Of a stretch of 64,000 nucleotides of DNA, positions 1 through 11,548 are shown one piece after another; the stretch's first letter is position 1; every line of letters begins with the position of its first letter. The translations under genes were made by a program, and so were the position numbers. The stretch is from Neoconidiobolus thromboides FSU 785 (lineage: Eukaryota; Fungi; Entomophthoromycota): assembly GCA_025603075.1 (NCBI GenBank), contig MU626285.1:62001-126000 (forward strand), given 5' to 3'. Under the pieces are notes generated by a model. That model did no database searches, was not told the origin of the DNA, and was given only the letters and a program-made list of their open reading frames with translations.

Positions 1-743
1 GTAATATTTCTCAATAGAACTTAATAGTTAAATAATTGATCTGAAATAATTATAGTCTATTTTAGATATATTCTTAAGATTCTTTATTCTCAAAGTTTTA
101 TTACCAAAATAAAACTATAGATACACCAATGAAGAGGATCCATTAATTTGTTTTCAAATTTTCAAATTTTCAAGTTCTTATATTTCAAAAACATAACTAT
201 TACTCTGTTAAAATCCAAGTATGCTGTTTCTCACAAAATTTCTTCGACTGCTATTTGTTTGCTTGCTTTATCAAAATTTGCACTAAGTGCTTATTCTCAA
301 ATGGGGGATTTATATTTCATAATTGAACTTTAAAATTCATATTGTTATATTTAGGTGAATTATTCAGAAAAATGTTAAACTTTGTGAAAACCTTTCTTAC
401 TTTAGGTTTTTCCCAAGTAATCTCTATTTCTTGGGCAAAAAAATAAAAAGACTATTAACTGTAACACCAAATATTTTTTTATGTCTAAAGGCAAAATATT
501 TTTCGTGTAAAAAAATTTAACTGTAACAATTCTACACCTTTACTGGTGTGGGTTTTACCAAAGAGGAGCACTTTAGAGACAACTTAATATACTATAATAA
601 ATTTTGAAAGAATATCCATTAAGTTGAAGACTAACAAAGGGTCTATTTATTTGTAGAATAGAGCAGGAGAGAAAAAGAATAGAAATAAAGGACCGAGTTT
701 TATCGATTATTTTTAGAAAGATATCAAATCATAAATTGAATAT

Positions 744-839
744 GGGAGTGTTTTTGGCTTCATCGCTTTTTCCATCTTTTAAGCGCTATTTGAGTGGAAG
801 AATTGTTAGTAAGATTCTTAAACATAAAAATATATCCCT
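744..839 (-). mobile_element. ~98-bp MITE copy 1
   Basis: ATAT|GGGAGTGTTTTT...AAAAATATATCCCT|ATAT; reverse complement of the family consensus seen at 13095-13192. Confidence 0.85.
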
Positions 840-1474
840 ATATATTAAAAACTCAAATTAAAAAATTATTTAATATATTTATATCATTGAAACTTATAAA
901 AAGCAGAGACAGGTATTATCTATATACGAGGAAGTATAGAGGTTAATTTGACAAACGCAAAGCCTCTTTAAATTCAACTGCTAATAGCCGCAAATATATT
1001 TTTTCAGTAATAAGTTTTATATTTAAGAATTAATATCAAAATGAGAAGAACGGGAATGGTAGATATAAAGCGCTGATATTTAAGGTTCTATTTAATATAT
1101 GAAAAGCTGGTTTAAATATAAAGAATGACGGAAGATGAACTATTGAGTTAAATTTAAGCGTATTGTTATCAAACTTTATTTTATTTTTAGTTTTTAATTA
1201 ATTAATCTTTTAAAAATAAATTCAATATATTAAATCTTCTTTGTTGCTTTTTGTGTGGGTTTTGAGTGGCATTTTTCTAAAACCTAAAATGAATAAAAAA
1301 TAATTAAAAGCTGCAGTATTAATTAAACTAAGGGTTTACAATTCGATCAAAAAAAGTTAATAGTTACTTCTTTTATACATTAAAATTAGGTTTATTATTA
1401 ATTTTTTAATTAGAATATAAGAATTTATAACTCGTTTTAATAGCAATATTAAAACAACTTATAAAATGATATTT

Positions 1475-2119
1475 TTATAAATAGTTAAAACTTTGATGTT
1501 TGGGTAGCTGTTGGCATAAAGCCAAGAAATGGTTATTGGTAGCATTACGTCTACAACGTTTAGAAACTAAATGTCTTTTATAAATATCCGACCTATAGAA
1601 TGATTTATCACAGTCCTTGCAGTGATATGGCCTTAAATTAATATGTGTCAACACATGTCTTCTCATTGAATTTTTCCTTGAGAATTCCAACCCACACACT
1701 GGGCATTCGTGGCATCCTATCGATTTCATGCATCCTTCCTTTGTGCACCCAGTTTTCCCTCCGCATTCGCATTTATTAGTAGGACAGCGTTTGGCTTTCA
1801 ATGCCCTTGAGCTTGGAGTTTTATTAATTAAAGGTTCAATGGCATTAATATTGTTATTAATATCGGTAACATTGTTATTGTCTGAAATTTCTTTTGGGCT
1901 ACTTGGTAGAGATTCCCATTGGCTAAATTCAATACTTGTTGGTGATGAAAACGGAATTGGGTTTAAATATCTTAATACATCTCCAGTACTTGAATTATGA
2001 GGTATATTAGATGGTACAGTATAATTATTAGAATGCATTAAGTTGCTATTTACAAACAACGCATTTTGTTGATGATTGATTAAATTAGAGTTTATAGAGT
2101 AAAGATGATTGTAATCCAT
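1475..2119 (-). CDS. C2H2 zinc-finger transcription factor, 214 aa, single exon
   Basis: CPVCGLEFSRKNSMRRHVLTH, linker INLRPY, CKDCDKSFYRSDIYKRH; N/S-rich N-terminus. Confidence 0.9.
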   Translation of the reverse strand: MDYNHLYSINSNLINHQQNALFVNSNLMHSNNYTVPSNIPHNSSTGDVLRYLNPIPFSSPTSIEFSQWESLPSSPKEISDNNNVTDINNNINAIEPLINKTPSSRALKAKRCPTNKCECGGKTGCTKEGCMKSIGCHECPVCGLEFSRKNSMRRHVLTHINLRPYHCKDCDKSFYRSDIYKRHLVSKRCRRNATNNHFLALCQQLPKHQSFNYL

Positions 2120-5100
2120 TATTATTATTAATTAGCAAGGTAAAGAAACTGAAAAAAGTTATTGAATAAAATAATGCTATTAGGATAAAATTATTATAAT
2201 ATTTTTATGTTTTTTAATTTCTTTTTTACCCATATTTATACTATTCACTTTCACTTCTATTTTCTAATTTAATGCTTCTGTCTGTCGCTATATTCTTTTT
2301 TTCTACATTAAATAATGTGCTTTAACTTACCAAGTTTTAAAGGGATCCGAATCAATTAAAAACCCACATTTAATTTATATTCAACGTTAGTAAGACAAAA
2401 TATAGGAATAAATACTCTGAAGTGACCTCATTCTATCAAATATAATAGTAAGATTACAAATTGTCGGATTTTATTATGTCAAACAAACTACACTGTTTAT
2501 TTTCATAGTAATTTATAACAAATTTTTTCTCTTTTTTTATAAATTATGATTTAAACACCTCCTTCTATAATTTTCTAGTATTTTCAACAGTTAAAGCTTT
2601 AAGAATAAATTATAACTCTTGTGCTACTATATGGATAGTAATCCTTTTGAACCTTATCTATCTCATCTTGTTTTATGAATATTAATTTAATGTTAATTTA
2701 ATATAAGTATTTGTAGCTAAAATAGTTATAGAGCAATCTTCTGATTTAAATAATGCTTAAGATGACTATTGATATTTTTAGCCAATTAAAGTCACTTTTT
2801 TATCACTTACTTTATACAAAATAGTAAAAATAATTTAAACTACAAAATTATTTTAAATATTTAAAATTTTATACCTAATTATAAATAAGTAGAATTTAAT
2901 TAATTCAAAATTATAATACAAAAACTATTATACTATCTATATTTATAATAATTCTCATAATAAGCAGATAGCATTAACTCATAGACTGATATTAGTACGA
3001 AGAAGTGAAGAGGGGATGGGATCTGATTATAGATTAGCATTAATCCAATACCATAATAAATTTGTAGTTTAAAAATAGATTCGCAAATAAATTTCTATAT
3101 TCCTAAAAAATGAAATCTAATGAACAACTTTATCTCACCTTATAATACTGCTATGATTTTTTTTAAACTTATTATTGAAAAGAGAAACAATTCTTTAACA
3201 GGATGTATTTATTTTTTAAACTATAGTAATGATCTTTTTTTTAAAAAATGGGGTTCAGTTATAACAACTTGTTATTGAGTTAAGAATAACTCACAATTTA
3301 CCTTAATTTTATAAAACTATGGATATTTGTTCTATATAGTTTCATCCCATATTTATATCTAAAGTCGGTCTATTTATTAAGGTAAACATTTATCATAATA
3401 TACCATTATTATGAATTGTATATATGTTAACCTAATTGTTATAATATCTGTTTCTCATCGCTTACAGAATCATTTTGTCAAATTAATTGTACACAGCATT
3501 TATGAAAATGAACCGAATAAATACAAGTTTTGAAAACCTTTGATTTTACTTTGCGTTATCACATTTCTTCAATATAGAAAACAAGTGGTTTTATTATCTA
3601 TTTTTTATATGCAATTTTAATAATAATTATTTTATAATATTTATAATGTCATTATTTTGGTAATTATTTAAATGTTTTAAATCCACTAACATTTGTATTA
3701 AGGTTTTTGCTGCTTTAACTTACCTCAAAGATGCAGCTTTTGTTGAGTTGGTCTATAAAATAGCTTATGGAAATTAATATTTATAGTTTAAAAAAAATTG
3801 AACCTGTTTTTTGAAGCTAAATAAGTCTATCTTAAACAAAAATAGTATTACTATAATTTGCTCCCCTCTTTCTCTATTGCGCACTTTGAGAAAAAAATTT
3901 AATCTTTTAGCTTAATGGGTATTTGGAAAAAAATGTTAATCTCAAAACCTATTTATTGGGATTTATGTTTAAACCTTTTGTTAAATTTCCCCTAAATAAT
4001 AAGTTTGTCTATACCTAAATATGTTTTATAATTTTTGTTGGTACAAACCTACGCCCTCACAAACTTATATTTGCACAACTATTAACCTTTCTGCCTATAA
4101 AGTCCTAAAGAAATTAGCTTATATAATCTGTACACAGTATGATCTAGCTTAAACATTATAATTATTATAAAAAAGTAACCATCCGTCTATTCTTGTTTCA
4201 TTGTTTAATAAATGAATAGAATAACAAAGATGCCTAAATCTTTAGGTATTGATTTTAGTTAAAATATCAACTTTTGTGTTACTTATTGCAATCTAGATTT
4301 AAAAAGTGTTTAAACCAGTACTAGAAATACTTTTATGTCCAAAATTTTGATCGCTATTCATTTATGAAAAATTTCTAAAACTCTTAATATCAGACTTTAA
4401 ATAGTTGAAAGAATTAAAATTAAATCATTAAATAATATATTATTTAATTATGTTTGCTACAAATACATGTGAAATTGAATATTGTAAACTATACACATCT
4501 TTTTTTATATTTGACAAAATCCTAAATAGTTTTATTACTCAAAGTAAAAGTATATATTTTTAAAATAAATCAAATATTTGTTATATTCTATCTATCTATA
4601 TTTATTTATTATGTAATTTATTAATAAATGGATTGGACTTCTAAACGATGTTTGATTATTTAGATTTAAACTTAAAGTTCACTACCATAGTTTTAACTAC
4701 TTAAAACTATTATTATTTGATTACCATCTATTCTCAAAATTAATATCTAGTTACCTGTAACTACCGATATGTCTATATAAATTCATGTTTAAAGTTTTGT
4801 TATTTTTAAAAAAAAAAGAAGTGATTAGGTATGTTTAATTCCCAACATAGTGATTTGAATATTACCTTTTAAATATATTTTAATGCTTTTTGTTGTAAAT
4901 AGTTATAATAATATAGTAAAATTATTATTAAATCAGCGTGCTTCATGTTTTAGGGTATTTTAATATCACGAATATATTACAATATATGAAAAAAACTTGT
5001 TGCTTATAAGATTTTTTTATATATAAATTTAAAAGATAATAAAATTACAAAAGTAATAAATATTCCATTCATTATAATATTAATAATATGGAAATTAATT

Positions 5101-5379
5101 AAAAATTATAATAATAGATAATAATTTATTAATTCATTCATTAATTATAAGCGTACTTAAAAAGTCGTCGACCATAAGTTAGACTTGTTTATCAAATAAA
5201 CATTACTTTAGTATTAAATTAGATTTTTTCAATAAAAATAAGAGGTTTCTCAAGCTATTAAAGTCCTATGAATCAAATTAATAATATAGGGTACCAATTA
5301 ATAAAAAATAATCAAGGTAACTTTTAATATCAACATAAAAGCAACCCCAAAAATTTTAGACTTCAACAAAAAAGAAAGC

Positions 5380-5733
5380 ATGAATTATAAATTATTAGTA
5401 CTAACCACCATCTTCCTATTTCTAAAGCCCAGTTCTTCCTTGAGCATTCAACGTCGCCAAAACGTCAATAAAGTGACTAACCAGGATGGTAGTGTCACCA
5501 CAACCACTACTGATGCGGATGGAGGAGAAAGATGGATTACAGAAAGTCCAACTCGTTTGGGATCTGTATCTAGAAGTGGACCCATTCCATTACCCGGGGT
5601 ACGACAATTAGCTAACCTATTTGGGGTATCAAACCAACGCTTTGATCAATTGATCAACCAGGCTGCTCAACCCATTATGGAAGCAAGTGATAGGGATTTG
5701 AATAATAGAATCCAGGCAGCATTGGCTAATTAA
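5380..5733 (+). CDS. Small secreted protein of unknown function, 117 aa
   Basis: Signal-peptide-like MNYKLLVLTTIFLFLKPSSS, then dibasic RR; GC clearly above flanks. Confidence 0.75.
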   Translation: MNYKLLVLTTIFLFLKPSSSLSIQRRQNVNKVTNQDGSVTTTTTDADGGERWITESPTRLGSVSRSGPIPLPGVRQLANLFGVSNQRFDQLINQAAQPIMEASDRDLNNRIQAALAN

Positions 5734-6060
5734 TGGTGAAGTTGAATTTTACCACTTTTTTTATTAAATAAAGCAGAGCTAACCAATTATGAATTGTTTA
5801 TGTAGTTTGAGTTGAAGTGATTTACTAATTTTATTAATTTGATAATTAAATTTTAGTTTATTCTTTTCCGAGATTTTATGATTTATAAAAGTAAAATGAA
5901 AAACTGGTTTTATTTTTTAAAATTTCGAAAATTTAGTTAATAAATTTAAAACTCAAGGTAAGTGTTTAGTCCTAGTAGAAGGATAATAGATATAGAATTA
6001 TAGAAAGAGCAATAGAATAGCAGAGGGGCAAAATTGTAGAACAACAGTATAATTCTCCAA

Positions 6061-7395
6061 ATGTTTAATAACTTACCTGTATCCATTATTGAAGAGATAT
6101 TAACAAATTTTAATAAACATGAAAGGGATATATTAAAGAAGTTAAATAAGACCATCCATTTACTATGCGAACGTTTAAATGATCAAAGCACTATCCATAA
6201 TGAGCTTAATTATGTTAACAATCTAAAGCATATTCGATATTTATATATGAATAATAGTAGTAACTTAGATTATATTGATTTTGATCAAATTGATAATTTA
6301 CGTTGCCTGGAATATGATCATAATAGCTATAGTCTAGGATATAATAATAATAATAGAGATACCAATAGCGATAGTGAAAATAATGTAAACAATATAATCA
6401 AACTAATTGGGGTTAACAAGCTAAAGTCATTATCATTATTAAATATAAACAATAAAAAATCTATAAACAAAGTATTATCGAATATCATAAACATACGACA
6501 CTTAAAGATAGTTCAAAACAATAGCATAGAATTGACCAATTTCGAAACACAATTAAAGTATTTGGTCAAATTGGAATTAAATATTAAATTCACTTTTCCT
6601 ATATTAAAGTTATTATTTAATCTTCGATTCGAGTATTTAAATAAATTAAGTTTAGTATTTCAATCCCAACCTTTAATAGATTTAGTTGACTTGAACCCCT
6701 TCTTTAATTTGAAACTAGACCCTTTGTTGCTGCCAAAGTTAGAAGACTTAAGCTTAATCTCCGAACAATTGAATCAAGATTATTATGCTTATTTCAATAG
6801 TTATGTTAATAACAGTATCGAGTATAACACTATGAACAATGACAGTAGTTTGTTTTCGAAACTGAATATCACCTTGCCTATTAAGTCGCCATTTATCAAC
6901 TTAAAAAAAGTAAAGATAGAGCCATTGAACAGCAACAACTTCGTAGAATTAAAATATTATTTCCCAAAATGTGAGAGGATTGAGTTGTTACCATATGAAC
7001 ACAATGTAGTCAAACAGACCAATTTGTTAGAAAATATTAATCAATTTCAATATTTGAAGTATCTAAAGTTATATACCAAAAACAACGAATTTAGTGATGT
7101 TTTATTTCAAAATAGTCAATTGAAATTATCATCCTTGACCCAACTTGATGTAATTGGTTTTGATTTAATACAAGAGCATTTCTTTGACTTTTTATTCACT
7201 CATTCTCACGTTAGTCTACCAAAATTAAAGGTTTTAAACCTGTCTTTCGTTAGTTTCGATTTCAATAATACTATCGTTAAGTCCATTAATCTCCATACTT
7301 CTCTTAGACACTGTCATTGTTATGAATTTACCAATAAGGATATCATCCCTTATCTTTATCTGTTATTTCCAAAAGCTCGTTTTTTAATAGAATAA
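6061..7395 (+). CDS. F-box-like / LRR-like protein, 444 aa
   Basis: N-terminal LPVSIIEEIL F-box-like start, then repeated LxxLxL segments (LRCLEY, LKSLSL, LVKLEL, LEDLSL, LTQLDV, LKVLNL). Confidence 0.7.
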   Translation: MFNNLPVSIIEEILTNFNKHERDILKKLNKTIHLLCERLNDQSTIHNELNYVNNLKHIRYLYMNNSSNLDYIDFDQIDNLRCLEYDHNSYSLGYNNNNRDTNSDSENNVNNIIKLIGVNKLKSLSLLNINNKKSINKVLSNIINIRHLKIVQNNSIELTNFETQLKYLVKLELNIKFTFPILKLLFNLRFEYLNKLSLVFQSQPLIDLVDLNPFFNLKLDPLLLPKLEDLSLISEQLNQDYYAYFNSYVNNSIEYNTMNNDSSLFSKLNITLPIKSPFINLKKVKIEPLNSNNFVELKYYFPKCERIELLPYEHNVVKQTNLLENINQFQYLKYLKLYTKNNEFSDVLFQNSQLKLSSLTQLDVIGFDLIQEHFFDFLFTHSHVSLPKLKVLNLSFVSFDFNNTIVKSINLHTSLRHCHCYEFTNKDIIPYLYLLFPKARFLIE

Positions 7396-7876
7396 ATATT
7401 ATAATTTTACTCCTGTTTTATTTTTATTTTTTTATAAATTGCGAATTATAAGAGAATCGGAGGCATTAATTATTAACAATAATAAACAATGTACTATGGA
7501 TCTCTACCTTTTCTTTAAGGAAAAATTAGGGGAGAAAATTTTAAACACCAAATAAAACATTCAATGAGATAAAATTAGTTTAATATTGAGCTCATCTATT
7601 TTAAAAAATAGAAAGCTATTAAACCCAAAGTTGACTAATAAATCCTATAAAAAAGAAATAAAATTAAAAATAAGCTAATAAATATATAATATTAATTGAC
7701 TTATGGGATCTTTTAAAAATAGCAGAAAAACTATTATTCTTATTGGTAGAAAGTAATTTAATGAAGAATACAGGAAAAACAGATTAATTTTGTAATTCAA
7801 CAAATTGAATTCTTTAAAAGTTAGCTTAAATTAATTTTTTGATTGGAATTAATTTATAGTTTAGCTTTCACCATAT

Positions 7877-7972
7877 GGAAATGTATTTTTTTGTTTAAGA
7901 ACTTTACTAACAAACTTTCCACTCAAATAATGCTTAAAAATGGAAAAAGTAGTGGAACCGAAAAACATTCTC
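7877..7972 (+). mobile_element. MITE copy 2
   Basis: ATAT|GGAAATGTATTTTT...AAAAACATTCTC|ATAT with conserved core TTTCCACTCAAATAATGCTTAAAAATGGAAAA. Confidence 0.85.
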
Positions 7973-8061
7973 ATATTTTAAAATTAATTTAAGTTAATTT
8001 TAAGGAATTCAATTTGTTGAATCACAAAAAGTCAATCGATTGTTTTTGCTGTAGCCAAAAT

Positions 8062-8147
8062 GAGCATGTCTCTTTGTTAAAGAATTTCATCAAGTTTGTA
8101 CTTTAATGTTAAAAGTGGAAAAATAAATGAAGCCAAAAAAACGTCCT
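8062..8147 (+). mobile_element. MITE copy 3 (degenerate, internally deleted)
   Basis: AAAT|GAGCATGT...GGAAAAATAAATGAAGCCAAAAAAACGTCCT|AAAT; matching AAAT TSD. Confidence 0.6.
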
Positions 8148-8810
8148 AAATGTTTTTTACTTCTGAATTTTACGCTTTATAAAATATGAGAAATAATGGC
8201 AAGAAATGGCATTCCTTGTTTTTTTCGGCTTTTTGCAAAAGAAATATGTTGCGGTAACTTCAGGTGGTAACAAAGAATAAGAAAGAAACAAAAGGCATTA
8301 CAATCATTTAAATTAAATGAGTGGATAAATGAGCTAATTATAGTTTGATTCTTGAATTAGTAACTGGGCTATAATTTTTCAATTAATAATATTATATTAA
8401 ATTCATATTTCAGTATTAGAAAATATTGGAAGATATTTATAATAAATAAGGCATCAATATGGATTTTTTTATTTGTTCCAAATATAAACAACAAAAGGCA
8501 TATCAAATAGGTACTGATATATTAGATTCGTATTACAATTAAATTATAGTTACCATCTAGCTAGATAACGATTATCTAAACATCTAATCAATTAATTGAA
8601 ATGAATAATAATTAATTAAAGTGGTAAATTTCAAAAACGAAATCCAATCAAAACACATTAAAAATGTCCTTTATTACTTGATACAAAAATAAAATCAATA
8701 ATGACATAAAGTATATATAAAAGAAACATTACTCATTTTTTAACTTTACCTTTATTAAATTTAAAAAGTTTTGGCAGTGCCTTTATTTTCTAGCCTATAT
8801 ATTTGTTATA

Positions 8811-9512
8811 ATGTTTAAAATTTTATTCCCCTTAGCCATTCTTTCATCTAGCTTAGCCTTATCGACTGGGGCTAAGATGTGCTCAATTTCATCCCAGAAA
8901 ATAGCTGATGCTATGGGTGCTACAGATTCAGATTTAGGGTATGCCATTACAATCGACAAATCTATGGAATTGAATTCAGAAACTTCTCTTAAATTGAGTC
9001 TTTCTGGAAAAGATAAATACAAAGGTATTTTAATGTATGTAACAGATGGAGGTGAAGAGGAGCGTTATGGGAAGTTTAATACCCCAAGTGGATTTAAGGA
9101 ATGCTCTTCCAATTGTAAAGGAAAAGCTAGTGAGGGTTCAATGCTCACTCACAATTCTAAGGACTACAAAGATCCTAATATTACCTTTGAATGGACCGCT
9201 CCTAAACTTAGCGAATGTAAAAAGTTGAAGTTACGTGTTGCTATTGTCAAAGAAATGGAGTCATTCCAAGTTTTAAAGGATATTGATATCCCTTGTAGTA
9301 CAGCTAAACCTCCTACTTCTGCTACTTCCACTCAATCTGAGTCATTATCTACTCCAGTTAATACCACCACTCCTACTGAACAACCACAATCTTCTGTGTC
9401 ATCTTCAGCTACAATTATTACTGATCCATCTACTACATTCTCTTCTGTTGAAAGTACTGCTACTTCTCCTGCCACTACCTCAACTAAACCCAAATGCAAA
9501 AAGAGATATTAG
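8811..9512 (+). CDS. Secreted Reeler-domain protein with Ser/Thr-rich stalk, 233 aa
   Basis: Signal peptide; YKGILMY, GKF, LTHNSKDYK..ITFEWTAP Reeler-like motifs; S/T-rich tail ending KPKCKKRY. Confidence 0.8.
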   Translation: MFKILFPLAILSSSLALSTGAKMCSISSQKIADAMGATDSDLGYAITIDKSMELNSETSLKLSLSGKDKYKGILMYVTDGGEEERYGKFNTPSGFKECSSNCKGKASEGSMLTHNSKDYKDPNITFEWTAPKLSECKKLKLRVAIVKEMESFQVLKDIDIPCSTAKPPTSATSTQSESLSTPVNTTTPTEQPQSSVSSSATIITDPSTTFSSVESTATSPATTSTKPKCKKRY

Positions 9513-9793
9513 TTCCTTTAAATTTAGTTTAAAACCAAATAATATATAGCAAATAAATTTTTTATTTTTTATTCATTTGTTATTATCTTATTTGAACCAA
9601 ATAAATAAATAGTACAAACACTAAAGAATCTTATGTTAAATGTGTAATCTTTAATTAAATTAAATTACTTTAGCCATTATCATGATATTGTGTTTATTAT
9701 ATCAGTCAATTTTATGTAAATATTAAAATAACTAGATACTAAAGACGTATATTAAATTACAAATTGTAGCAAACTTAATTTAAAATGATTCAT

Positions 9794-11548
9794 TTATTTC
9801 TTAGGGACATAATTAATAATAGCGACTTTTCCCATAATAATATGAGCTGCCATATGACAATGCATAAACCAAGATCCTGGATTATCAGCCTTAAAACGAA
9901 TAGCATACCAACCACAAGGGAGATCATCGGGATTTAATGGTTTTTCGCCCAAACTTTCTAGACCAGAGAACATATCTATACTATCATTGATAGTCCCAAG
10001 CCTAGAATTGGTTTGATTTAAAGTTTGGCCAATTTCTGGGATATCGGTAATAAATTGAGTGTAAGTATCCCTTAATACTGGCATATTTTTAGTAGTCGCT
10101 AAGTAATTATCAATTTTTGGCCCATCCACTTTTGGATCATAAAATCCATCCCCATGACCAACAACGTAGAACGAATGTCCATGTAGATGCCATGGATGTA
10201 CTTCACAATGTTTACCAGTTGGCATCGTGTGTTGAACAATGATTTGAACATCATCGCCTTCATTGATTTCATAAATACCTTGGCTTGGTTTATAGTTTCC
10301 TGATTCCATATCGTTTACTAAAACGCTGCTCCTTGGTTTGGCTTCAATATCATTTATGAACCATCTAGAAAGACCTCCTGGTTTTCTTAAGGTAACAATC
10401 AAATTGATTTCTTTATTAACTTTTTTTGGTACAGGATAATAATGCTTGGATAAGCCTTTATTATACCATTGTGATGTGAATAGTTTTGATTCTACCCAAT
10501 GCGAATATTCATATTGTAACCCAGGCACTTGTTTTTCTTTACGTATCAATGAAGAGGTGCTTTTAGCACCATTATAATGAAGAATAGCAACTCCGTTTTT
10601 TGCTACTGGTACGCGTGCTTCTGGTCGATGTTCATCACTTACTTGGGTGTACATGTAGTAGTTATCTACTTTTTGATTTGTTTTTAGTAATACGGAATAG
10701 CGTTGACCACTGCTCAATTCTACTCTATCTACATCAATAGGGTCAACTAAGGTACCATCTGCTTCAATAATAGTTAGGTTATGGTTTTCAATATTGAAAG
10801 TGAATACAGAATAGCCATTTGCACCAATCAATCTAAGCCTATAAATTTTATTTTTGTTTACATTATTAACACTAAAGCCATGATTGAAAGTACGTGATTT
10901 TTTATCCTCCTCCAGATCATCTTGTTTATTTTCATTTGTATTCCACTTCTGATAAGTTTTACCATTAGTTAGTATACTTTGAGATTGGTTGCTAAACCTA
11001 AACGGAGCTGTAGTTAATCCATGTATTAGTTCCTCTGTTGATTTATGCCATCTTTCAGATAGTAAAATAGTTATTTCTTCATCATAACGATATTTCTCAT
11101 TAAATTTAACTATATCTTTCCAAATTTCTTTTTTATCTTTAATAATTAAAGGTCCATAAACATGTTCTGAATCCATATCAGTATGTGCATGATAAAAATA
11201 AGTACCACTCTGATCATATACATTAAACTTATAGGTATACTGTTGTCCAGGACGAATTGCGTCTTGAGTTACCATTGGTACGCCATCCGATTTACACGAC
11301 CCTTTTTGAGTAATCCCGTGCCAATGGATAGTTACATTCTTATGTAGCTTGTTGTTTACTTTAATTTCAATTGAATCTCCTGCTACAGCATCGATCTGTG
11401 GACCGGGAAAGCCGCCATTGATCAAGATACCTTCTGTTAAAAAATTATCAGGAGCAAAGTTTGCTTCAGTGAGTGTCCATGACTGACTTATCTTTTTGGA
11501 CAGTGTTAAATGGGCTAGACAACCAAATAATAATAGTTTCATTGTCAA
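9794..11548 (-). CDS. Secreted multicopper oxidase (laccase / ascorbate oxidase-like), 584 aa, intronless
   Basis: All four Cu-binding motifs: IHWHG, FYHAH, HPWHLHGH, HCHMAAH; signal peptide. Confidence 0.95.
   Translation of the reverse strand: MTMKLLLFGCLAHLTLSKKISQSWTLTEANFAPDNFLTEGILINGGFPGPQIDAVAGDSIEIKVNNKLHKNVTIHWHGITQKGSCKSDGVPMVTQDAIRPGQQYTYKFNVYDQSGTYFYHAHTDMDSEHVYGPLIIKDKKEIWKDIVKFNEKYRYDEEITILLSERWHKSTEELIHGLTTAPFRFSNQSQSILTNGKTYQKWNTNENKQDDLEEDKKSRTFNHGFSVNNVNKNKIYRLRLIGANGYSVFTFNIENHNLTIIEADGTLVDPIDVDRVELSSGQRYSVLLKTNQKVDNYYMYTQVSDEHRPEARVPVAKNGVAILHYNGAKSTSSLIRKEKQVPGLQYEYSHWVESKLFTSQWYNKGLSKHYYPVPKKVNKEINLIVTLRKPGGLSRWFINDIEAKPRSSVLVNDMESGNYKPSQGIYEINEGDDVQIIVQHTMPTGKHCEVHPWHLHGHSFYVVGHGDGFYDPKVDGPKIDNYLATTKNMPVLRDTYTQFITDIPEIGQTLNQTNSRLGTINDSIDMFSGLESLGEKPLNPDDLPCGWYAIRFKADNPGSWFMHCHMAAHIIMGKVAIINYVPKK

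Noticed and set aside
148-333. 61-aa ORF and a stop-interrupted minus-strand frame
   Set aside because: Low complexity (TTTTCAAA x3) with no recognisable motif; not supportable.
1728-2000. Short antisense ORFs in the track (also 8795-9022, 16854-17048, 25827-26021, 40955-41332, 43778-43978, 54667-54969, 61523-61792)
   Set aside because: They are shadows of real genes on the opposite strand.
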